Notes: generated by a model from the sequence alone, not told the origin. Shown: positions 31,397 to 41,197, counted from the stretch's first letter. The stretch: 64,000 nt of DNA from an uncultured Klebsiella sp. (GCA_964478755.1 CAYZJP010000002.1:9984-73983), one strand, 5' to 3'. Program-made: numbers and translations.

Positions 31397-31618
31397 ATGA
31401 CTGCCAAAGAAGAGCCGATTACGTTCACGGCCACGGTGACGCAAGTGTTGCCCGGCACGATGTTCCGGGTCGTTCTCCCCAATGGTCACGAGGTGCTGGC
31501 TCACATCTCCGGCAAGATGCGCAAAAATTTCATCCGCATCAGCGTGGGCGACAAGGTCGAGGCCGAGATGTCGCCCTACGATCTGAGCAAGGCGCGCATC
31601 ATCTTCCGGCACCGCTGA
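31397..31618 (+). CDS. infA: Translation initiation factor IF-1
   Basis: [52 protein letters not shown]. Confidence 0.97.
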   Translation: MTAKEEPITFTATVTQVLPGTMFRVVLPNGHEVLAHISGKMRKNFIRISVGDKVEAEMSPYDLSKARIIFRHR

Positions 31619-31682
31619 AGCGGTGAAGGACAAGTGTGCGGTGCAGGTTCTCCTCGCAGTTTTCTGAATCGGCACCGGCAGT

Positions 31683-32648
31683 TCAGCCCACCAGCCATGC
31701 GATGATGGCCTTCTGTGTGTGCAGCCGGTTCTCCGCCTCGTCGAAGATCGTCTGTGCGTTCGCCTCGAAGGTCGCGTCGTCAATCTCCTTGCCGCGATAC
31801 GCGGGCAGGCAGTGCATCACCAGTGCATCGAGTGCGGCGAGTTTTACGAGCGACTGGTTGATCTGGTAGCCGGTGAGCACCTTGATGCGCTCGGCGGCCT
31901 CGACTTCCTTGCCCATCGAAACCCACACGTCTGTGTAGAGCAGGTGCGCGCCCGCCGCCGCGGCTTGCAAGTCGGCAGTGAGCACAACTTTTCCGCCAGT
32001 GGCAGCGAGAGTGGCGGTGATGACCTCGCCGCTCGGCGAGCTTTGCGCATGGACGTGGTTGAAGCCCGCGCGCTCCAGCAACGAGAGCGGCGGTTGAAAT
32101 TGTTTCGGCGCGGCGATGCGCAGCTCGAAACCCAGCTTCGCGGCGGCAAAGACCCAGCTCGCCGGCACGTTGCACGCGCCGTCGCCCACGAACGTCACGA
32201 CCTTGCCCTGAATCGGCCCGCGCCGCTCCTGGAACGTGAAGATGTCTGTGAGTATCTGGCACGGGTGCTCCTCGTCCGTGAGCGCGTTGATGGTCGGGAT
32301 GTTTGCATGGCGCGCGAACTCCTCGACGTCCGCCTGCGCGAACGTGCGGAAGATCGCGCCGTGGACCATCCGGCCCAGCACGCGCGCGGTGTCCTTGATC
32401 GGTTCGCCGCGCCCGAGCTGGATGTCCGTGGCGTTGAGAAACATCACGTTCGCGCCCAGTTCGCGCAGGCCGACCTCGAAGGACACCCGCGTGCGTGTTG
32501 AGGACTTGGAGAAGATGAGCGCCCACGTTTTGCCCGTGAGCGGAAAGGTCGTGTGATGGCCGCGCTGGCGCTTGACCGTGGCGCTCGCCGCCAGGATGGC
32601 TTCCATGTCCGCGCGGGACAACTGCTCGATGCTCAACAGGTGTTTCAT
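31683..32648 (-). CDS. argF: Ornithine carbamoyltransferase
   Basis: FSKSSTRTR, HPCQ, YTDVWVSMG, MHCLPAYRG, FDEAENRLH. Confidence 0.93.
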   Translation of the reverse strand: MKHLLSIEQLSRADMEAILAASATVKRQRGHHTTFPLTGKTWALIFSKSSTRTRVSFEVGLRELGANVMFLNATDIQLGRGEPIKDTARVLGRMVHGAIFRTFAQADVEEFARHANIPTINALTDEEHPCQILTDIFTFQERRGPIQGKVVTFVGDGACNVPASWVFAAAKLGFELRIAAPKQFQPPLSLLERAGFNHVHAQSSPSGEVITATLAATGGKVVLTADLQAAAAGAHLLYTDVWVSMGKEVEAAERIKVLTGYQINQSLVKLAALDALVMHCLPAYRGKEIDDATFEANAQTIFDEAENRLHTQKAIIAWLVG

Positions 32649-32665
32649 GCTGTGAGAAAGCGCGG

Positions 32666-32693
32666 AGTGTAGGCACGGACGGGGGAAGTGCAA
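32666..32693 (-). promoter_or_regulatory. sigma70 promoter of argF (TTGCAC-N16-TACACT)
   Basis: Near-consensus hexamers just upstream of the ATG. Confidence 0.5.
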
Positions 32694-32772
32694 AAACATT
32701 CTGAGCAGCGCGGAAGTTTTCTGCGGCGGCTCCTCGGGGCATGGGCACCGCCCGGCCAGCGTCAACTCTTCC

Positions 32773-33213
32773 TCACTGTCCGGCGGCGATCTGCGCCACT
32801 GGAGCGGATGGCAACGCCACCCTCCGCACGCCGCGGATGTGCCGGTGGCAGTTCACGCAACTGATGGTGAGTTGGAACCATGCGACCGATGCGGCATCCA
32901 CGTTCTCATCGCGCGCGGCCTTTTGCAGGGCCTCGGCGTGGCGGCGAAACTCGGCAGTGTATTGCTTGTATTCCGGCGTCTGTCGCGCCTGCCAGCCGGC
33001 GACCTGGCTCAACACGACGAGTTTCTGCGCGTTGGCGGAGATGGTGGCGAAGTTCTCGGTGGCGATGCCTTCGAGCACCTTTTGCGAGCTTTCCAGCTTG
33101 AGCTTCATCACCTCGCGCGTGGTGATCTTTGGATCGTTCGGGGCCACGGCGGCGGCGAGGCCACCGAGCAGGACTGCGCCCAGCACTGACCACAACAAGA
33201 TTTTCGTTTTCAT
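32773..33213 (-). CDS. Secreted cytochrome c'-like four-helix-bundle protein
   Basis: Signal peptide, helical body, single C-terminal CVNCH. Confidence 0.75.
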   Translation of the reverse strand: MKTKILLWSVLGAVLLGGLAAAVAPNDPKITTREVMKLKLESSQKVLEGIATENFATISANAQKLVVLSQVAGWQARQTPEYKQYTAEFRRHAEALQKAARDENVDAASVAWFQLTISCVNCHRHIRGVRRVALPSAPVAQIAAGQ

Positions 33214-33292
33214 AAAACTGCTCCGGCTGCACGCCCGCGCTTCTCAACCGCACGAGCGCATTTCCCGCGTTCGATCACCGCCGCACCGTGCT

Positions 33293-33577
33293 TCAGCTCG
33301 CGAAGCCGAAGCGGAAATGCTCTTCCTCCGGCTTGATGCCCAGCGACGCGCACAGGTGCCGCGAGGCGAGCACGCCCGCCGCGGTCTTGAGCATCTTGTC
33401 GGATTCCGGGCGGGGCAGTTCCATGCCGTCGTGACGGATGGCGTTGAACCGGTAGCCGTGTTCCAGCACATGCACGAGGAACTCCTCGGCGGCCACGGGG
33501 TCGTCCGTCTGGTAGTGGTTCGCGTGGGCGTTCCGCCCGATGTGCAGGGCGTATTCGATGTGGTATTTTGCCAGCAT
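33293..33577 (-). CDS. Hypothetical protein (94 aa)
   Basis: Compact ORF with host-like codon usage, co-oriented with its neighbours. Confidence 0.65.
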   Translation of the reverse strand: MLAKYHIEYALHIGRNAHANHYQTDDPVAAEEFLVHVLEHGYRFNAIRHDGMELPRPESDKMLKTAAGVLASRHLCASLGIKPEEEHFRFGFAS

Positions 33578-33585
33578 AAGCCTGT

Positions 33586-33900
33586 TCAGTTAAGGTTCTT
33601 GTCGCCGCTGACCGACTGGTGAACTCGCTTCACCCAGTCGCCGAAAATGCCGCGTGCCGCCGGCAGCGCCTCCGGCCAGTCAAGGACAACTTTCACCGTG
33701 TCCCCTCGCGGAAGGCCGACGGGAATCGGCACGCGGCCGTCAGACTTTGCCGCGACCGGACGGAACCGGCTGTCCAGCCGCATCTCCATCTGCGCTCTGT
33801 CCTCGTCATAGCCCGCGTCACCGGTGGCCAGCACCTCGACCGCGCCGCTGGGAGTCGCCAGCGTTTCCACGACTTCGCAGATGGAGAGGACTCGTCTCAT
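33586..33900 (-). CDS. Hypothetical protein (104 aa)
   Basis: ATG at 33900 (MRRVLSICEVVETL...), ends 8 nt before the next ORF. Confidence 0.55.
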   Translation of the reverse strand: MRRVLSICEVVETLATPSGAVEVLATGDAGYDEDRAQMEMRLDSRFRPVAAKSDGRVPIPVGLPRGDTVKVVLDWPEALPAARGIFGDWVKRVHQSVSGDKNLN

Positions 33901-34041
33901 GCGGCGTGAAGTTCGAGCCAATCCGCCCGCACGACTCACCGCCGCTTGCTCAAGGTTCGCCCACATTTGCGAAGCTTGGCCGTGCGATGCAGTTGTCCTG
34001 CGGCTGGTGAACGCTTACGCTGCGCGGCAAGTCTGTTCACC

Positions 34042-37000
34042 ATGCACCGCCACGCCGCCTTTCGCCTGCTGTTCGTCACCGCTGTCGTCTGCCTGGTTAA
34101 TGCGCCGCCGTGTCGCGCCGCTGTGAGCCACGGCTTCCGCGTGCCGGATGGCTTCGAGGTCTCGCTCTACGCCAGCGACGATCTTGCGCACGACATCTTC
34201 TCCATGACCACGGATGCCAAGGGCCGCATCGTTGTCGCGGGCAAGGACTACGTGAAAATCCTCCACGACACCGACGGCGACGGGAAGGCCGACAGGGCCA
34301 CGCTCTTCGTGAAGGCCAGCAAGTCCGGAGCGCATGGAATGTATTTCGAGGGCAACGACCTCATCATGAACGGCGACGGTGGCATCCGCCGCTGGCGCGA
34401 CACGGACGGCGACGGCGTGGCCGATGGCGAACCGGAGTTCTGGCTGCGCACCGAACGCGACGGCGAGCACTCGGCGAATGGGATTGTGAAGGGACCGGAC
34501 GGCTGGTTCTACATGATCTGCGGCAACGACGCGGGCATCTCCAGCGAACACGCGAAACTCCCCGGCTCGCCGATCAAACAAGTCAACGCCGGTGCGCTCG
34601 TCCGCATTTCACCCGACGGCAAGACGAGCGAAGTTCTCGCGCACGGCTTCCGCAACCCCTACGACCTCGACTTCCATCCCTTCGGAAACATTTTCACCTA
34701 CGACGCCGATGGGGAGCGCGATCACCATCTTCCGTGGTATTCTGGCACGCGCATCTTCGACATCGCCATCGGCGCGCACCACGGCTGGGTGCTCAAGGGC
34801 TGGAGCCACGCTTGGAACCGCCCGCCCGCCTGGCCCGACAATACCGAGCGCCTCTGGGAAGTCGGGCGCGGCTCGCCCACGGGCGTCTTCGTGTATCGCC
34901 ACCGCGCATTCCCCGAGCGCTACCGCAACGGCTTCTTCGCGCTCTGCTGGACTTACGGACGGCTCTACTTTTTCCCGCTAAAACGGCGCGGCAGCACGTT
35001 CGACACGCAGATGGAAATCTTCATGGAGACGGCGGGCGACACCGGCTTCGCGCCCGTGGATGCCGTGGTCGGCCCCGACGGCGATGTCTTCGTCGCCATC
35101 GGCGGACGCGGCACCATCGGCAGCGTCTTCCGCGTGAAATACCGTGCCGGCGACTTGCAGTCGCCGTCCGTGGGCAACAGCAGCACAAACGGCGGCGACT
35201 ACAAGTCGCCAGCACACGTCTTACGCGAAGTCCTCTCCGCCCCGCAAACGCTCTCAAGCTGGTCCCGCGCGAAGTGGGTGCCGCTCGCGAAGGAGTTGGG
35301 CAAGCCCGCCTTCGAGCAAGCCGCGCTGAACGCCAAACTCCCGCTCGTCGAACGCATCCGTGCAGTGGAGGTTCAAGTTGAACTTTTCGACAACCTCACC
35401 GCTGAACACGCGCGCAAGCTCACCAGTTCCAGCGAACCCGAACTCATCGCCCGTGTCGCATGGGCGCTCGCTCGCAGTGTGGAAGCAGAACCGGCTACCA
35501 AGCTCCTCGCCGAACTCACCCGCCGCGATGACCCGCGCATCGCCCGCGCGGCGTGGGAGGCGCTGATCTCATTAGCACCCGGCTTCAGCCGGGTGGAAAC
35601 GTCCGGCAGCGACGAGAAGCCGTTTAAACGGCTTCCATCCGATGCGTCCGGTGACACCGGGCTGAAGTCCGGTGCTAATAAGAAACTTCCTTCGCCGGAT
35701 TGGTTTCGCGGCCTGAACTCGGACGACCGCCGCGTCCGCACCGCCACGGTTCTCGCAGCCCGGGCAATCGGCCCGGACATATTCGTCCGCACCGCGCCGC
35801 CCCGCCAGCTCACCGAGCGTCAGCGCCTCGGCATCCTGCGCATCTACGGCCCTGAGCGCGGCGACGATCCGAACTGGCTGGCGCACTATTTCAACAACGC
35901 CGCCTTCGTCGCCGCGACCTCGCGCGACCCGGTGACGCGGCTCGACGCCGTGCGACTGCTTCAGCTCGGCCTCGGCGATGTGAAGCTCGTGCAGGACAAG
36001 CCTGACACCTACGATGGCTTCGTCGCCAGCCGGACGGAAGAAATCCCCACGCCGCTGTGCCAGCACGTTGTCGAGCGTGTCGCACCCGCGTTCCCCACCG
36101 GCGACGCCGACCTCGACCGCGAACTCGGCCGTCTGCTCGCCATGCTTTCCGCCGACTCGCCCGGCCTGCTCGCGCGTGTCACCACCAAGCTCACCGACAC
36201 CAGCCCCGTTGAGGACGACATTCATTTCCTCATGGTTGCTGCGCGGCTGCCGACGCCCCGCGACGCGGAAAGCACCGCACGCATCGCGCACGCGGTTGCA
36301 AACTTGCAGTTGAAAATGCTGGCGGGCGGAAAGGAACCAAGCCACTTCTGGCCGGAACGTGTCGGCAATATGTTCGCGCGGCTGCTACTCCAAGACCCCG
36401 GCTTGCCCGACGCCTTGATTCACTCGACCAGCTTTTGCCTCGCCGACCATTCGCTGCTTGGTCAAAAACTGCCCGCTGCGAACCAGCCAGCAGCCGCGCT
36501 CAAACTGTTCGAGCGCACGACAAGCTGCCTGACCGTCAAGGGTTACACTTGGACCCCTGAGCTTGTTGGCTTTCTAAGCCTTCTGCCCGACACGGTTCTC
36601 TTGCCGGAGATTCGCCGGCAGTGGAAAGAGTATCCGCCACTGCGCGACGCGTTCATCCGCGTGCTCGCGCGTGCTCCGCAGGTCGAGGACCGCGCGCGCT
36701 TCGTAACCGCGCTCGGCTCGTTTCAGCCTGCCGTGGTGGAACTCGCCGCGAAGTCGCTCGCGCAACTCAGCGGCGAAGCCGCGCCGAACGAATTCGCCGC
36801 TGCGCTGGCTTCGCTGCGCCGCGAGTGCGCTGCGCTGAAGGAGAAGGCCGCTCGCACTGCGTTGGCAGAGTTGCTCGCAAAGTGGAGCGGGCAGAACATC
36901 GCCGTCACCGAGACTGGCGATTTGTTCAAGGCCTACGCGCCGTGGTTCGATTGGTTCGCCAAGGCGCATCCCGCCGCGGCGAAAGAGCTGCTGGGCGGCA

Positions 37001-37458
37001 ATGAGGACACGGCGGCGTTTCTAAAGCGCCTGCCTGCCATCGCGTGGGACGCGGGTGACGCCCAGCGCGGCCAACGGCTTTACGAGGAGCGGGCGTGCCA
37101 TCGCTGCCATTCCAGCAGCACGCGCATCGGGCCGGACCTGACGGGCGTGGCGAGCCGGCTGTCACGCGAAGATTTGTTCATCGCGATCCTCGATCCTAGC
37201 CGCGACATCTCACCGGCGTATGTGCCGAAGCTGCTTACCACGAAGTCCGGCTCGACCTACACGGGCTTCCTCGTCTATGATTCGCCGACGGCCAAACTCG
37301 TGCAGACCGGTCCCGACACAACGGTGCGGCTTACCGGGGACGAAGTGACGAGCGTGGTGGACACGCGGGTGTCCTTGATGCCGATGGGTTTGCTAAACGG
37401 GCTGAAGGACGGTGAAGTTGCCGACTTCTACGCGTTCCTGAAGACGCTGAAGAAGTAG
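34042..37458 (+). CDS. PVC-type membrane-bound dehydrogenase-like protein (beta-propeller, HEAT-like repeats, C-terminal heme-binding domain) with two in-frame palindromic insertions
   Basis: GFRVPDGFEVSLYA, GFRNPYDLDF, GRGSPTG, GDAQRGQRLY...CHRCH...IGPDLT, VSLMPMGL. Confidence 0.85.
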   Translation: MHRHAAFRLLFVTAVVCLVNAPPCRAAVSHGFRVPDGFEVSLYASDDLAHDIFSMTTDAKGRIVVAGKDYVKILHDTDGDGKADRATLFVKASKSGAHGMYFEGNDLIMNGDGGIRRWRDTDGDGVADGEPEFWLRTERDGEHSANGIVKGPDGWFYMICGNDAGISSEHAKLPGSPIKQVNAGALVRISPDGKTSEVLAHGFRNPYDLDFHPFGNIFTYDADGERDHHLPWYSGTRIFDIAIGAHHGWVLKGWSHAWNRPPAWPDNTERLWEVGRGSPTGVFVYRHRAFPERYRNGFFALCWTYGRLYFFPLKRRGSTFDTQMEIFMETAGDTGFAPVDAVVGPDGDVFVAIGGRGTIGSVFRVKYRAGDLQSPSVGNSSTNGGDYKSPAHVLREVLSAPQTLSSWSRAKWVPLAKELGKPAFEQAALNAKLPLVERIRAVEVQVELFDNLTAEHARKLTSSSEPELIARVAWALARSVEAEPATKLLAELTRRDDPRIARAAWEALISLAPGFSRVETSGSDEKPFKRLPSDASGDTGLKSGANKKLPSPDWFRGLNSDDRRVRTATVLAARAIGPDIFVRTAPPRQLTERQRLGILRIYGPERGDDPNWLAHYFNNAAFVAATSRDPVTRLDAVRLLQLGLGDVKLVQDKPDTYDGFVASRTEEIPTPLCQHVVERVAPAFPTGDADLDRELGRLLAMLSADSPGLLARVTTKLTDTSPVEDDIHFLMVAARLPTPRDAESTARIAHAVANLQLKMLAGGKEPSHFWPERVGNMFARLLLQDPGLPDALIHSTSFCLADHSLLGQKLPAANQPAAALKLFERTTSCLTVKGYTWTPELVGFLSLLPDTVLLPEIRRQWKEYPPLRDAFIRVLARAPQVEDRARFVTALGSFQPAVVELAAKSLAQLSGEAAPNEFAAALASLRRECAALKEKAARTALAELLAKWSGQNIAVTETGDLFKAYAPWFDWFAKAHPAAAKELLGGNEDTAAFLKRLPAIAWDAGDAQRGQRLYEERACHRCHSSSTRIGPDLTGVASRLSREDLFIAILDPSRDISPAYVPKLLTTKSGSTYTGFLVYDSPTAKLVQTGPDTTVRLTGDEVTSVVDTRVSLMPMGLLNGLKDGEVADFYAFLKTLKK
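35144..35215. repeat. 72-bp palindromic element, family C, in frame within the CDS
   Basis: GTGCCGGCGACTTGCAGTCGCC ... GGCGACTACAAGTCGCCAGCAC inverted arms, each itself a hairpin; translates as AGDLQSP...GDYKSPA. Confidence 0.75.
35568..35682. repeat. Family A palindromic element, in frame within the CDS
   Basis: CTCATTAGCACCCGGCTTCAGCCGGGTG ... CACCGGGCTGAAGTCCGGTGCTAATAAG with core AAGCCGTTTAAACGGCTT; same ends and core as 20928..21076. Confidence 0.9.
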
Positions 37459-37492
37459 GGGGCGGTCTCGCTGCGGCGCCACCAACTGTTCA

Positions 37493-37640
37493 GGGTGGCA
37501 CGGCCAACTTGGCCGTTCTCGGCGGCAACCTGCCGCCGAGCTTCGGCACAGCCAACGTTCAAACTGATTGGGGTGCTCTGGGCGCAGTGTGAGCGGCGGG
37601 TGAGTCGCCCACCGCAACGGGCCAGTGGCCCGTTCCACCC
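37493..37640. repeat. 148-bp palindromic element, family B (copy 2)
   Basis: 19 differences in 148 nt versus 26859..27006 by manual ungapped alignment; lies between convergent genes. Confidence 0.92.
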
Positions 37641-37663
37641 AAACTCGGCCGAAGCGGTTCGGT

Positions 37664-38755
37664 TCAGAGCTTCGCCATCGCGTTGTCCAGTGCGGCGATG
37701 AGCGTATGCATCGTCGCGGGCGTTTCGTCGCCCATGTTCGAGATGCGGAAGGTGGTGCCCTTGATCTTCCCGTAACCGCCGTCAATGAGGAAACCCTGTT
37801 CCTTCACGAGCTTCTGAAGCTTCGCGGCGTCCACGACACGGCCGCCGTTGGCTCTCGCGCCGTTGTTCACGCACGTGAGCGTGATGGACTCAAAGCCGGC
37901 CTCGGGGAAGAGCGTGAAGCCGTGCTTCGCGGCCCAGTCGCGGACCATGCGGTTGGTCTGCGCGTGGCGGGAGTAACGGGCTTCGAGGCCCTCGGCGAAG
38001 AATTCGTCCAGCTTGCTCGCGAGCGCGTAAGTGTGCGAGATGCTCGGCGTGCTGGGCGTCATGTTCTCCTTCGCGTTCTTCTCGAACTCGACGAAGTCGA
38101 AGTAATAGCCGCGGTCCTTCGCGGTCGCGGCCTTCGCGAGCGCGGCGGGCGAGCAGGTGAAAACCGTCAAGCCGGGCGGAAGTGCGAAGGCCTTCTGCGT
38201 GCCGGCGAGCAGCACGTCAACGCCCAGCGCGTCGAAGTTCAGCGGCACGGCGCTCATCGAGCTGACGGCGTCCACGATGAACATCACGTCGGGATACTTG
38301 GCCTTGAGCGCGGCGATCTCGGCGACAGGCGACATCGTGCCGGTGCTGGTCTCGTTGTGGATGAGCGTGAGCGCGTCGAACTGGCCGGTGGCGAGCTTGG
38401 CGTCAATCGCGGCGGCGCGGATGGGCGAACCCCACGGGACTTGCAGCGCCTCGGCGTCCTTGCCGCAGCGCTTGGCGACATCGAACCACTTGTCGGAGAA
38501 CGCGCCTTTCATGCAGTTGAGGACTTTCTTCTGCGTGAGGTTGCGGAGCGCGCCTTCCATCACGCCCCACGCGCTGGAGGTGGAGAGATAGACGAGCTGC
38601 TTGGTGCCTAGCAGGGTCTGGAGCTGCGGCTGGATTTTCGCGACAAGGTCTTTGTAGCCCTGGCCGCGGTGGCCGATCATCGGCGAGCAAAACGCGCTGA
38701 AAGTTTTCTCGCTGACTTCGACCGGACCCGGGATGTGGAGTTTGACGTGCGCCAT
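37664..38755 (-). CDS. Class V PLP-dependent aminotransferase (serine-pyruvate/alanine-glyoxylate-like)
   Basis: LHIPGPV, IHNETSTG, VDAVSS, AGTQKAFALPPGL (PLP lysine), TPSTP, FRISNMG. Confidence 0.9.
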   Translation of the reverse strand: MAHVKLHIPGPVEVSEKTFSAFCSPMIGHRGQGYKDLVAKIQPQLQTLLGTKQLVYLSTSSAWGVMEGALRNLTQKKVLNCMKGAFSDKWFDVAKRCGKDAEALQVPWGSPIRAAAIDAKLATGQFDALTLIHNETSTGTMSPVAEIAALKAKYPDVMFIVDAVSSMSAVPLNFDALGVDVLLAGTQKAFALPPGLTVFTCSPAALAKAATAKDRGYYFDFVEFEKNAKENMTPSTPSISHTYALASKLDEFFAEGLEARYSRHAQTNRMVRDWAAKHGFTLFPEAGFESITLTCVNNGARANGGRVVDAAKLQKLVKEQGFLIDGGYGKIKGTTFRISNMGDETPATMHTLIAALDNAMAKL

Positions 38756-38821
38756 AAACAGGCGGCGAAAATTTCACAGGCGCGGCGGTGAGGCAAGATT
38801 CTTCACGCCTCGGTCGTGGAG

Positions 38822-41104
38822 TCACTTCGGCAGCAACTGCACGGCGTCGGCGTGGACGTTGCCGTCGGCGGGCTTGCCACCAATGGTCACGACGGCGGGC
38901 TTGCCGGGCGCAAACTTGAAGGTGCCGAGGCTGATGAAGTTCTGCGGGAGCGGCGGCTTGTTGCGCTGGTTGATAGTAGTCTCCTTCACGCCGTCGGCGC
39001 TCTCGATGACGACGCGTGTGTTCGTCGCGCGGTTCTCGTGCGGGCTGTAGCTGACGCGCACTTCGTAGTCACCGGCCTTCTCGATGCTGAACTCGTAGCG
39101 GGCCGCACCGTCCTCCTTCGCGGCTCGATAGCGGTAGCCGTTGCCAACGTAGGGCTGGAGCGACGGATTGCTCGCGGCGGTCCATTTGCCGGTGAGCTTG
39201 GCCTGCGCGTCGTCAAGCACGAGGCCGGGGAGTTTCTTCGGGTCAATGCCCGGCTCGCCCGTCGCCTCGGGCGCGATAGCCTGCGCTGGCAGTGGCTTGT
39301 AATCAGCGGGGAGCTTGGGCGTGTCGTTCACGTTGTCGCGGCGCGCAGCCCCAGGCAGGCGCAGCAAGGTCTGCAACTCCTCGAAGTGCGAGTGGTAGAT
39401 GGCGCGCGGTGTGGTCGCGTGCTTGATGCAGAGGCTCGCGGCCTTGCCGACGACTTCGCCGATCATGCCGCCGGTCTTCATTACGCGCACGGTGCCCAGC
39501 GCCTCGTGGGTGACGCTGACATCGCGGCCGGCCATGAAGAGGTTCTCGATGTTGCGCGAGTAGAAGCAGCGGTAGGGCACCGGGTAGCCGTGCTGGCGGT
39601 CCACGCCCTGGCCGAAGACGGCCTTGGAGATGAACGGGTCGTTCGGAAACTTCTTCGCGTATTGTTCCTTCGGGTAGTGGAGGTCAATGTCCCACGTCGT
39701 CGGCACGGTGCCGTCGGGGAAAACTTTCTTGGTCGTGATGTCCTCGCGCGTAAGAATCACGTCACCGAGCAACTGCCGGCTCTCGCGCGTGCCGCCGACG
39801 TAGGCGATCCACTCAAGCTTCGCGTTCGCGTGCTCGGCCTTGCCGTCCTTGTTCTTCATCGCGTTGAACGCGCCGAAGATCGCGCGCAGGTTCCAGTCGC
39901 GCGTGGATTCGAGTTCGAGAATGGGATGTTTGTTGAAGCCGCTTTCCCAGAACCACTCGGCGTGGCCGCGACGCGGGTAGGGGAAGTCGTCCATCGTGAG
40001 ATCGAGTGCCCACGGCGTGAGCGGGAAAGCAGTCGGTTTCCCCGCATCGCTCCAGCGCCACATGTTGCTCATGCCGAGATGGCCGTCGTCCTTCGTCGTG
40101 TGGTCCGCGCCGGCGAGCGCGCCGATGCTGGCGTGGCCGGTGCTGTCCACGAAGAGCGTGCCCGCGAAGCGCCGAATGTGGCCGGTGCGCGTGTCGAAGG
40201 CGACGATGGCCCTGATGCGGTTGGCGTCCATCTCGACGCGGAAGGCGTGGTGGTTGAGGAAGAGTGAAATGTTCTTTTCCGCGCGCACAAGAGCCTCTTT
40301 CTTCGCGTCGCCAAATTCCTCGAAGGTGCCGGGCGAGGACTTCGCGCGGTCCATGAACTCCTCGACGATCTCGCCGAGCATGGGATAGAGGCCGCGCCGG
40401 ATGCCGCCCATCGCCCAGACGCGAATCTCCGAGCTGCCGTTGCCACCGAGCACGGGGCGGTTTTGGATGAGCGCGACCTTGCAGCCCATGCGCGCGGCGG
40501 CGAGCGCAGCACCCATGCCCGCGTAACCGCCGCCGACCACGACGAGGTCAAACTGGCCGGCCTCCTCCGGCTTCGGGGGCAAGCCAGCCAGCTCCATGCG
40601 CCAGCGGGCGAAAGGCGCGGAGTCGTTGCTCGGCTGGAAGACGGGGTCGGTGGTGAGCAGGATCGCGTCGCAACGGCCGTTGAAACCGGTGAGGTCGTGG
40701 AGGGCGAGGGAGACTTCAGGCTTCGTGACGTTGATCGTGCCGCCGTCGTGCCAGGCCCAGTCCGCGCCCTGCGTGCCGAAAGTGGGCTTGAGCGGCGCGC
40801 CGTCCACGAGCACTTGGAACTTGCCCGGCGCGTCGGGAGTCTTCCAACGCGCGACCCAGTCCATCGTGCGGACCCACACGCGCCACGCGCCGGCTTGCGG
40901 GAGCTTCACGGTGGTGGTGGCGTCTTTCACCGGCTCGCCAAGGCCGTGGGCCATAAGGTAAGGCGAGCCCATCGTCTCGATGAACTGCGTGTCCAGCACC
41001 CAGCCGCCGGGATCCTGGAAGGACTCGGCCTCGACGAGGACGGTGGCGGCGTGGGCACGCGCGGCGAAACCGGCGAGAAGAAGAATGGCGAAAAGCTTTT
41101 TCAC
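38822..41104 (-). CDS. Secreted FAD-dependent oxidoreductase with C-terminal xanthan-lyase/golvesin-like beta domain
   Basis: GTG start with signal peptide, DLVVVGGGYAG, RPVLGGNGSSE, RESRQLLGD, VPYRCFYSRNIENLFMAGR, C-terminal VHADAVQL. Confidence 0.85.
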   Translation of the reverse strand: MKKLFAILLLAGFAARAHAATVLVEAESFQDPGGWVLDTQFIETMGSPYLMAHGLGEPVKDATTTVKLPQAGAWRVWVRTMDWVARWKTPDAPGKFQVLVDGAPLKPTFGTQGADWAWHDGGTINVTKPEVSLALHDLTGFNGRCDAILLTTDPVFQPSNDSAPFARWRMELAGLPPKPEEAGQFDLVVVGGGYAGMGAALAAARMGCKVALIQNRPVLGGNGSSEIRVWAMGGIRRGLYPMLGEIVEEFMDRAKSSPGTFEEFGDAKKEALVRAEKNISLFLNHHAFRVEMDANRIRAIVAFDTRTGHIRRFAGTLFVDSTGHASIGALAGADHTTKDDGHLGMSNMWRWSDAGKPTAFPLTPWALDLTMDDFPYPRRGHAEWFWESGFNKHPILELESTRDWNLRAIFGAFNAMKNKDGKAEHANAKLEWIAYVGGTRESRQLLGDVILTREDITTKKVFPDGTVPTTWDIDLHYPKEQYAKKFPNDPFISKAVFGQGVDRQHGYPVPYRCFYSRNIENLFMAGRDVSVTHEALGTVRVMKTGGMIGEVVGKAASLCIKHATTPRAIYHSHFEELQTLLRLPGAARRDNVNDTPKLPADYKPLPAQAIAPEATGEPGIDPKKLPGLVLDDAQAKLTGKWTAASNPSLQPYVGNGYRYRAAKEDGAARYEFSIEKAGDYEVRVSYSPHENRATNTRVVIESADGVKETTINQRNKPPLPQNFISLGTFKFAPGKPAVVTIGGKPADGNVHADAVQLLPK

Positions 41105-41197
41105 AGGAGTAAGTAGTTGCTTCGTGGACGGTAATCGCAAGTGGCGCGCAGAGAACCTTGCGCAGACTGCGACTGGCGAAGCTTACCAAGAGGGCGA

